This document shows positions 39,999 through 47,491 of a stretch of DNA of 64,000 bases, piece after piece; positions within the stretch are counted from its first letter, which is position 1; each line of letters begins with the position of its first letter. This DNA comes from an uncultured Acidimicrobiaceae bacterium (lineage in GTDB: Bacteria > Actinomycetota > Acidimicrobiia > Acidimicrobiales > CAIXPF01). The notes under the pieces were generated by a model, which had not been told where the DNA came from, searched no databases, and saw only the letters and a list, made by a program, of their open reading frames with translations. The DNA is taken from positions 15,099 to 79,098 of the forward strand of contig CAYVOK010000009.1 of assembly GCA_964453335.1 (NCBI GenBank), read 5' to 3'. The position numbers and the translations under genes were made by a program.

Positions 39999-41060
39999 TC
40001 AGTCGGTGTTCTGGATGTCGGCGACGATCGCGGCGAGGCGCTCGGCGTCGGCCGGACCCTGCACCGGGATCGAGAACTCGACCCGGTCGCAGATGCCCCG
40101 GTACCGCTCGACGACGTTCCGTCCGATGTCGTCGTAGGTGCCGATCACCGCGATCGCTTCCACCATCTCGTCGCTGATCCGGTGCTCCATCTCGTCCCAG
40201 CGGCCCTGCCGTGACAGCACGGACAGGTCGTCCGCGACGTCGTCCCAGCCGTGCAGGTCGAACACCGGCCGGTACGTGCGGGTCGACGCGTAGAACGAGA
40301 TCCGGGAGCGGACGTTGCTGACCCGGGCCTCGAGTTCGGCTTCGGTCGGCGCGGTGATGATCAGCGGGCTCGCGACGACCGACACGGCGTCGTCGGGACG
40401 GCCGGCGTCGGCGGTGCCGAGGGCGATCGCCGGTTGCAGGACCTCGGCGAGGTAGCGCCGGGTGCAGATCGGGTGGGGACGCACGCCGTCGGCGATACGG
40501 CCGCCGACCCGGGCCATGTGCGGGTTCACCGCGGCGATGTGCACCGGGATGTCGGGGTGCTCGATGGGTCCCGGGTCGAACAGCGGGTTCATCAGCGTCA
40601 GGTCGTAGTGGGTGCTGTGGAAGTCGAGGGGTGTGCGGTTCTGCCAGCAGTCCCACACGGCGCGGACGGCGCCGACGTAGTCCTCGAGCCACGGGCCGGG
40701 CTTGTGCCACGTCATGCCGAAGCGCCGTTCGATGTGCCCCTTCACCTGGGTGCCGAGACCGAGCACGAACCGGCCCTGCGACGCCCGTTGCAGCGTCCAG
40801 GCGGCCATCGCCGTGATCGTGGGGCTGCGGGGGAACGCCATTGCGACGGCCGTGGTGAGGCTCAGCCGTTCCGTCGACGTGGCGGCGAGCGCCATGACGA
40901 CGTAGGGGTCCTCCTTCGTCTCGGTCAGCACGAGTCCGTCGAACCCGAGTCGTTCCACGAGCGCCGCGTCCGCAGGGACACCGGGCAGGTCGACGGGCTT
41001 CTCCGTCTCGCGGATGCCCGGATCGACCTTGCCGAGCGGCAGGTGGGTCTCGACCTTCAT
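39999..41060 (-). CDS. LLM-class F420-dependent oxidoreductase
   Basis: ATG 41060 follows GGAGGA. 'GFDGLVLTETKEDPYV', 'GRFVLGLGTQVKGHIERRFGM' and 'HIAAVNPHMARVGG'. Confidence 0.85.
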   Translation of the reverse strand: MKVETHLPLGKVDPGIRETEKPVDLPGVPADAALVERLGFDGLVLTETKEDPYVVMALAATSTERLSLTTAVAMAFPRSPTITAMAAWTLQRASQGRFVLGLGTQVKGHIERRFGMTWHKPGPWLEDYVGAVRAVWDCWQNRTPLDFHSTHYDLTLMNPLFDPGPIEHPDIPVHIAAVNPHMARVGGRIADGVRPHPICTRRYLAEVLQPAIALGTADAGRPDDAVSVVASPLIITAPTEAELEARVSNVRSRISFYASTRTYRPVFDLHGWDDVADDLSVLSRQGRWDEMEHRISDEMVEAIAVIGTYDDIGRNVVERYRGICDRVEFSIPVQGPADAERLAAIVADIQNTD

Positions 41061-41153
41061 CGTGTCCTCCCCGTGTCGACCCCCCGGCCGAGCACCGGCC
41101 CAGGGTAGGCGCACGTCGGGGGGACGGCGCACGTCCGGTCGTGCCGCGGCAGA

Positions 41154-42014
41154 ATGTCGGCGGATCGGACCGGCCCGGGTCCGTCCGTCCGAGGAGGCGT
41201 GGTGCAGGACGCGACACGGATCGCCGACTACGAGCTCGTCGGCGCGCTCGCCGAGGGCGGGCACGGTCGGTTCCATCTCGCCGTGCCGCCCGCGCGACTC
41301 GGTCTCGACGTCGAGCGGGTGGTCGTGAAGGTCGTCGCCGGTGGTGACGAGACGGCGTTCCGGCGCTTCACCCGGGAACTCAAGCTGTTCGCCCGGGTGA
41401 CGCACCCCAACCTCGTGCGCCTCTTCGACGCCGGTCAGCACGAGGACCGGTTCTTCTATTCGATGGAGTGGTGCCCGGCTGGCACGCTCGACGACCCGTC
41501 CGCGCTCGACGTTCCGGCGAGGATCCGCGCCGTCGCCGAGGTCGCGCGGGCGGCGCACGCCCTGCACGAGGCCGGCATCGTCCACCGCGACATCCGACCG
41601 GGGAACGTGCTGCTGCGGGCGGACGGGTCGGCGGTGCTCGCCGATCTCGGGCTCGCGCAACTCGGGTCGTCGTCGATGACGTCGATGGCGTCGATGTCCT
41701 CGATCGGGTACGTCGACCCGGAGCTGCTGCGCGGTGGTTCCGCAGGTCGTCCGACCGACGTCTACGCGCTCGCCACCACGTTGCACCGGGTGCTCACCGG
41801 CGAGGACGTCTTCGCCGGCCTCGACCCGTCGGACCCGATGCTCGCGATGCGGACCGTGCTGCGCCGGCCGCCGACGGTGCGACGGGACCTGCTCGACCAG
41901 CGGGTCGCGCAGATCATCGAGTCGTCTCTCGACCCCGTCGTCGAGGCGCGCCCACCCACCGCGGAGGCGCTCGCCGACCTCCTCGACGGATCGACCGGAG
42001 GAACCGGAGCATGA
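41154..42014 (+). CDS. minimal Ser/Thr protein kinase (catalytic domain only)
   Basis: 286 aa. G-loop 'GALAEGGHGRF', 'VVVKVV' Lys, 'HRDIRPGNVLL' (Arg where Hanks kinases normally have Lys), 'ADLGLA' (DLG for DFG) and 'GYVDPE'. No TM helix or sensor domain. Confidence 0.85.
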   Translation: MSADRTGPGPSVRGGVVQDATRIADYELVGALAEGGHGRFHLAVPPARLGLDVERVVVKVVAGGDETAFRRFTRELKLFARVTHPNLVRLFDAGQHEDRFFYSMEWCPAGTLDDPSALDVPARIRAVAEVARAAHALHEAGIVHRDIRPGNVLLRADGSAVLADLGLAQLGSSSMTSMASMSSIGYVDPELLRGGSAGRPTDVYALATTLHRVLTGEDVFAGLDPSDPMLAMRTVLRRPPTVRRDLLDQRVAQIIESSLDPVVEARPPTAEALADLLDGSTGGTGA

Positions 42015-43198
42015 CCACCCACGTCGTCGTCCCCCATCACGGTGCCGGTGCGGGCCGGCTCGTCCGCCAGGGCCGCACCGTGCTGTTCACGACCGGTGAC
42101 GGTCCCGCGACCGCCGCACTCGTCGGCTGGTGCCGCTTCGTCGGCGACCGCTCGGCCGCCGACGTCCTCGCCGATCTCGGCCGGGTCGTCGACGCCGGCC
42201 CGGCGGTCGGTCCGTTCGTGCTCGTCGTGCTCGACGACGACGGGGTCGAGATCGCCGCGTCCGGTGGGTTGCCGCTCGCGGTGCGGACCGCGGCCGGGGT
42301 CGAGGTCGTCGCAGGCGAGGGACTCCAGCGGCGGTCCGTGCCCGGTGTGGAGGGGCTGTGGCTCGTCCCCGACGGGTCGGTCGCCGACCCGCTGCTCGAG
42401 CTCGAACGCGGTGTGGTCGCCGCCTCCGGTTTCGAGGTGCGGATCAGCCGCCCGGCCGCAGCCGGGGCCTGGGCCCCGCCGCCCGCGGCCGAGGCCGCCC
42501 CCGCCCCGCAGGTCGTCTCGCTCCTGACCCCCGATGACGAGCTACCCCCGGCGGAGCCGCTCCCGGTTGCGGTCGCCCCGGCACCGACACCGGAGCCCGT
42601 ACCGGCCCCTGCGCCCGAACCGGCCCCGGAACCGGCGCCTGCGGCGGCGGTCCCCGACACGCCCGCCCCGCCCGCCCCGGGCGGCTCGATCGTCGAACCG
42701 ATGGAGCCCGCCGACGACGAGCACGTCCACGTGCAGGGGCTGCGGTGCTCCCGCGACCATTTCAACGACCCGCGGGTGCGGTACTGCGCCGTGTGCGGGA
42801 TCGCGATGCACCAGGCGAGCTTCATCCTCGTCGAGGAGATGCGCCCGCCGCTCGGCGTGCTCACCTTCAGCGACGGCTCGCACCGGTCCCTCGCCCGCAC
42901 GGTCGTCCTCGGTCGTGACCCGGTCGACGACCCGGCGGTCCTGCGGGGCGAGGCGACGGCGGTGCCGCTCGCGGACGTGACGAACACCCTGTCACGGGTG
43001 CACGCCGAGATCCGCCTCCTCGGGTGGGACGTCCTCATCGTGGACCGCGGGTCGACGAACGGCACCTACGTGTGGGACGAGGCCCGCCAGGCGTGGGACC
43101 GGCTCGTGCCCGAACAGCCCCGTGCCCTCGTGCCGGGGACGCACGTCGCGTTCGGGCGCCAGGCGGCGACGTTCGAGTCGCCGCTCCGTCAGCGCTGA
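42011..43198 (+). CDS. FHA-domain protein with zinc-ribbon and unknown N-terminal domain
   Basis: ATG 42011 overlaps the kinase stop (ATGA). It has a Pro/Ala-rich linker, 'CSRDHFNDPRVRYCAVCG' and a C-terminal FHA signature 'VLGRDP...VSRVHAEI...DRGSTNGTYV'. Confidence 0.88.
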   Translation: MTTHVVVPHHGAGAGRLVRQGRTVLFTTGDGPATAALVGWCRFVGDRSAADVLADLGRVVDAGPAVGPFVLVVLDDDGVEIAASGGLPLAVRTAAGVEVVAGEGLQRRSVPGVEGLWLVPDGSVADPLLELERGVVAASGFEVRISRPAAAGAWAPPPAAEAAPAPQVVSLLTPDDELPPAEPLPVAVAPAPTPEPVPAPAPEPAPEPAPAAAVPDTPAPPAPGGSIVEPMEPADDEHVHVQGLRCSRDHFNDPRVRYCAVCGIAMHQASFILVEEMRPPLGVLTFSDGSHRSLARTVVLGRDPVDDPAVLRGEATAVPLADVTNTLSRVHAEIRLLGWDVLIVDRGSTNGTYVWDEARQAWDRLVPEQPRALVPGTHVAFGRQAATFESPLRQR

Positions 43199-43218
43199 CC
43201 GCCGCCGGCCGGAGCTAC

Positions 43219-45330
43219 TCAGCGACTGCTCAACGGTTCGACCGTGTCGCCCGGTCGCCAGCGGTCGAGGCGTTCGGTGATCGCGACCCGGTCACGGGCC
43301 CCGGGGTGGACCTGCAGCACCGCAGTGCCGTCCTCCCGGCTCGCAGCAGCGACCACGAGGTCGGCCTGCGCGCCCGCCGGAGCAGCGACCACGCCGAGCG
43401 AGCGCAGCCCGCGCAGCAGGCGCCCGCCGCCGCCGTCGACACGGAGCGGTGCCGCACGGTGCAGCGCGAGACGGGCGGCGACCTCGAGTGCGGCGCGTTC
43501 GGCGTTCGTGCCCCCGCCCGGCGCGGCGATCACGCCGTCGACGGCGACGTCCCCGCCGACGACGACCACGTCGGTACCGGACCCGGTGACCGGTGCGACG
43601 AGATCGACGTCGGCGGGACCGCAGACGACGGCGTCGGGGGCGAGCCGGCCAGCCTCGCCGACGATGTCACCCGCACGGTCGGGGCTCACCCGGCTGATGA
43701 CCGTGCAGGAACCCCCGGCGTCCTCGACGCGCTGCCGCAACGCCTCGGTCTCCGCGAGCGCATCGGCGATGCCGGCCACACCGACGTCGGTCCCGACGAG
43801 GCGGACGAGGTGCACCTGCGCGTCACGGCGAGCGCCGCTGAAACCGATCGCCACATCGACGAGGGGGATCGCCGTCGCCGGATCGCCGACGACGACGAGC
43901 ACCCGATCGCCACCACCCGTGCGTTCCGACTCGGCGATGTCGCGCTGCAGCCAGCGGTCCGGGTAGACGAACTTGAGCAGCGGCCCCGACATCGCCGTCG
44001 TGACGATCGCCATGATGACGAGCATCGTGTACGTCTGGTCGTTGATCACCCCGGCGTCTCGACCGACCTGGAGGATCACGAGCTCGGCGAGACCGCGCGT
44101 GTTCATCATCGTGCCGACCGCATAGGACTGTCGGCGGGGGACGCCGGTGACCCGGGCGGCGAGCGCACCCCCGACGAACTTGCCGATGCACGCCACGGCG
44201 AGGATGGCGAGCGTCGGGGCGATGTCGCTGCGGCCGAGACCGCCGATGTCCACGCCCTGGCCCGCGACGACGAAGAACACGGGGAGCAGGAGCTGCACAC
44301 TCACCCCGTCGAGCCGGTCGGCGATCGCATGGAACAGGCCGTGTGCGTCGCGCCGAGGCACGATCGCGCCGAACAGGAACGCACCGATGAGCTCGTGCAC
44401 GCCGATCAGCGAGGTCGTCCAGGCCGATGCGAGCAGGCCGATGAGCAGGAGCGCCAGGTGCTCCGGGGCGAGCTTTCCCGACGCCCGGTACGACCGCACC
44501 ACGAAACGCTCGAGGAGTGGTCGCACGACGAGGACGAGCACGGCGACGAACGCGAGCAGTTCGGCGAGCATGACGAGCACGCTGCCTGCACCGCCGCCGC
44601 CGGCGAGCGCAGCAGCGAACGCGAGCAGGGTGAACGCGACGATGTCGTCGATCGCCGCGCAGGCGATGAGGAGGATCCCGAGCGGGATCCGGAACATGTC
44701 CCGTTCGGCGAGGATCCGGGCGAGGACGGCGAACGCGGTGCCGCACATCGACACACCGAGGAAGAACGAGAACGGGAACTTCTCGACGGTCCGCCCGACC
44801 GGCGGTGTGGTACCCGCCTCCTCGGCTGCGGCGATCTTGCGTTCGACCTCGGGTGACGTGCAGGCGAGCGCCGCACCTCCGCCGAGCTCCTCGGCCTTCG
44901 TGACGCTCACGGCCACGCAGCTGTGGTCGTCGTGCAGGTATGTGCCGAGCACGCCGATGCCGAGCAGGAACGGGAACGCGATCGAGGTGAGCGAGATCGC
45001 GAGCGCCCGCTTCCCGCTCTTGCGGACGACGTCGAGGTCGACCTCGAGGCCGACGATGAACATGAACAGCACCAGGCCGAGTTGGGCGACGAGCTTCAGG
45101 TACGGGCGGACGGACTCGGGGAAGAGCAGGTCGTCGAGATCACCGGGGAGCAGGCCGAGGAGGCTCGGGCCGAGCGCGATGCCGGCGATGATCTCGCCGA
45201 TCACCACGGGTTGGCCGATCTTCCGACAGAACGCCCCGACGACACGCCCGAGCGCGAGCACGATCACGAGACACAGGAGCAGGCGGACGAACGGGTCGGC
45301 TCCCGGTGCGCCGGCGGCGAGGATCGGCAT
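43219..45330 (-). CDS. CPA2 (Kef-type) cation:proton antiporter with C-terminal USP-like domains
   Basis: 'GQPVVIGEIIAGIALGPS', 'VLFMFIVGLEVD' and 'GAFLFGAIVPR'. A C-terminal region of about 270 aa contains two Rossmann-like USP repeats ('VLVVVGDP...', 'VVVVGGD...'). Confidence 0.88.
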   Translation of the reverse strand: MPILAAGAPGADPFVRLLLCLVIVLALGRVVGAFCRKIGQPVVIGEIIAGIALGPSLLGLLPGDLDDLLFPESVRPYLKLVAQLGLVLFMFIVGLEVDLDVVRKSGKRALAISLTSIAFPFLLGIGVLGTYLHDDHSCVAVSVTKAEELGGGAALACTSPEVERKIAAAEEAGTTPPVGRTVEKFPFSFFLGVSMCGTAFAVLARILAERDMFRIPLGILLIACAAIDDIVAFTLLAFAAALAGGGGAGSVLVMLAELLAFVAVLVLVVRPLLERFVVRSYRASGKLAPEHLALLLIGLLASAWTTSLIGVHELIGAFLFGAIVPRRDAHGLFHAIADRLDGVSVQLLLPVFFVVAGQGVDIGGLGRSDIAPTLAILAVACIGKFVGGALAARVTGVPRRQSYAVGTMMNTRGLAELVILQVGRDAGVINDQTYTMLVIMAIVTTAMSGPLLKFVYPDRWLQRDIAESERTGGGDRVLVVVGDPATAIPLVDVAIGFSGARRDAQVHLVRLVGTDVGVAGIADALAETEALRQRVEDAGGSCTVISRVSPDRAGDIVGEAGRLAPDAVVCGPADVDLVAPVTGSGTDVVVVGGDVAVDGVIAAPGGGTNAERAALEVAARLALHRAAPLRVDGGGGRLLRGLRSLGVVAAPAGAQADLVVAAASREDGTAVLQVHPGARDRVAITERLDRWRPGDTVEPLSSR

Positions 45331-45348
45331 GGCGGGCTCCTGTCGTGC

Positions 45349-47388
45349 TCAGCCCCGTGCGGCCTTCGCGGTCGCTTCGTAGACGAGGTTGAAGAAGTCA
45401 CCGGCGTCGACCTCGTCGGCGGTGCGGCCGAACACGACGACGGACTCGATCGAGATGTTGGCGCCCTGCACGGTCGCGGCGAAGAACTCGGTCGCGGTCA
45501 CCGTCACCCCGTCCGCCGAGTAGTCGACGGCGTAGGCGGCGGTCCCGGTCGGGTCGTCGCTCGGGAGCGGGGTGAGACGGAAGGTGAGCACCTGGCCGTT
45601 CGAGAGCACCGAGGGCTCGGGGCAGGAGGCCGCGAAGCCCGCCCATTCCGCGAACGCCGCCTCGGCGGTCTCGACGGAGCTGTAGCGGGTGAGGCTCACG
45701 AGCGCGCTGCGGTCCCCGCCGGTCGTTTCGAAACTCCGACTCGCGTGGCTCTCGGCGGGGATCAGGTCCTTCCCGCACCAGGCGGTGACGCGGTTCCCTG
45801 TTTCGACCTCGACGACGGTGGTGCCGAGCGCAGCGCCGATCTGGGCGGGTTCGAGCAGACGGGCACGAAGAGCAGTCGGGCTCAGCGGTCGCACGGTTCC
45901 GTTCGTGACCGCCTCCTCCGTTGTGGCGGTCGTCGCGCTCCCGTCGCCGGTGCCGGTGCTGCGCAGCAGGGCGAACGCCCCGAGGCCGGCTCCGGCCGCG
46001 ACGACGAGCAGGCCGAGCACGATCCGGCCGCCCCGGCGCCGTCGCGGCGGGGCGGCGGGGGTGGCGGCGCCGGGTGCCGCCGTAACCGCTGGTGCCGGTG
46101 GGGCTGCGGGTGGGGCTGCCGGTGGGGCTGCCGGTGGGGCTGCCGCTGGTGCCGGTGGTGCCGGTGGGGCTGCCGGTGCGACGGGGGTGGCGGGCTGCAC
46201 GAGCGTCGGCGGTGCGGGCGGGTCGATGTGGGTCGGGGTGTCGACCGGTGGCCGAGACGGTGTGGCGTCGGAGGACGGATCGGTCGCCCATCCGGCGAGC
46301 GCGACGGAGGAGTCCGCCCCCTCGGTGGCGCGCACGGCCCCCATCGCGGTCGAGGTCTTCGGATCGCCGCGACGGCTGATCGGGACCCCGGGGAACGCTG
46401 CCGACACGAGGCGCTCGACGAGCGGGGTGCGACTCGCTCCGCCGACGAGGGAGATCGCCTCGAGCTGATCGGCCCGGAGCCCGGCGTTCGTGATGCAGCG
46501 GTCGAGGAGGGCGATCGTCTCCTCGATGTAGGGGGAGATCAGGTCCTCGTAGGCGTCCTGGGTGACGCGCACGGTCCGCATCCCGTCGGGGAGGGCGACG
46601 AACGCGTCGGCGTAGGGGTGGGCGGACAGCATCTCCTTCGCCCGGCGCGCCTCCTTCCGGAGGTTCGCCGCCACCTGCATCCAGGTCCCGTCCGCGCCGA
46701 CCTGGATGGCGTCCCACACGTCGGCGGGGAGCTGCGCCCCGATGTGGTTGACGAGGATCTCGTCGAAGAGCTCGCCGCCGATCGTGTTGTCGCCACCTGG
46801 ACGGCCCACGACCCGGAACCCGGCACCGTCGGACGCGACGACCGCCGTGTCGAAGGTGCCGCCACCGAGGTCGTACACGGCGATGTGGTCGCCGTCGTCG
46901 ACACCGACCTCGCTCGCGAAGGTGAGTGCTGCAGCGACCGGTTCGGCGACGAGGGTGGCCGCACCGATCCCGGCGCGCTGTGCGGCGTCGAGGAGACGGT
47001 TGAGCCACGGTCGGTTCCATCCGGCCGGGTGGGTGAGCTTGACCGCGGTCGGCGCCCCTCCCATCTGGCGGACGGCTTCCTCGTACACGTGGGCGAGCTG
47101 TGCGCTGACGAGGTCGACGACCTGGTACGGACGCCCGTCGAGCACCACCGGCACCTGGTCGCCGAGGCGGCTCTTCGGCGCCCGCAACGTCGCCCCGGGG
47201 TTCGACGACGCGAGCTCGTCGGCGACCCGGCCGACGACGATGCGGTCCCCGTCGGCGAGCACGACCGACGGCACCCGTCGTTCCCCACCGATCTCGATGA
47301 CCTCGGGTTCACGGCCTTCGACGCGCGCGGCTGCGACCGTGTAGCTGGTGCCGAAGTCGATGGCGAGGATCCAGGGTCGCGTGGCCAC
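45349..47388 (-). CDS. Hsp70-fold (NBD-only) ATPase fused to Pro/Ala linker, TM helix and PknH_C-like extracytoplasmic domain
   Basis: GTG 47388 preferred; the track ORF extends to 47484. 'ILAIDFGTSYT', 'VYDLGGGTFDTAVV' and 'ISLVGGASRTPLV' are Hsp70/actin-fold phosphate and adenosine motifs. They are followed by (AAPP)n, 'RRRRGGRIVLGLLVVAAGAGLGAFALL' and a 2-Cys ectodomain of about 190 aa starting 'LRARLLEPAQIGAALG'. Confidence 0.8.
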   Translation of the reverse strand: MATRPWILAIDFGTSYTVAAARVEGREPEVIEIGGERRVPSVVLADGDRIVVGRVADELASSNPGATLRAPKSRLGDQVPVVLDGRPYQVVDLVSAQLAHVYEEAVRQMGGAPTAVKLTHPAGWNRPWLNRLLDAAQRAGIGAATLVAEPVAAALTFASEVGVDDGDHIAVYDLGGGTFDTAVVASDGAGFRVVGRPGGDNTIGGELFDEILVNHIGAQLPADVWDAIQVGADGTWMQVAANLRKEARRAKEMLSAHPYADAFVALPDGMRTVRVTQDAYEDLISPYIEETIALLDRCITNAGLRADQLEAISLVGGASRTPLVERLVSAAFPGVPISRRGDPKTSTAMGAVRATEGADSSVALAGWATDPSSDATPSRPPVDTPTHIDPPAPPTLVQPATPVAPAAPPAPPAPAAAPPAAPPAAPPAAPPAPAVTAAPGAATPAAPPRRRRGGRIVLGLLVVAAGAGLGAFALLRSTGTGDGSATTATTEEAVTNGTVRPLSPTALRARLLEPAQIGAALGTTVVEVETGNRVTAWCGKDLIPAESHASRSFETTGGDRSALVSLTRYSSVETAEAAFAEWAGFAASCPEPSVLSNGQVLTFRLTPLPSDDPTGTAAYAVDYSADGVTVTATEFFAATVQGANISIESVVVFGRTADEVDAGDFFNLVYEATAKAARG
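46097..46144 (-). repeat. 12-bp tandem repeat x4 (ggtggggctgcS), encoding (AAPP)n
   Basis: Four head-to-tail copies at 46097-46108, 46109-46120, 46121-46132 and 46133-46144, with degenerate copies on both sides. Confidence 0.9.
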
Positions 47389-47491
47389 CGCTGATGCCTT
47401 CCGGTCGGGTGCGGCCCAACGGTAGCCGTTGCCGTGTGCACGTTCGCACCGCGGTGCAGCAGCGGGGCGTGCGAGCGGCGACAATGGGGGC

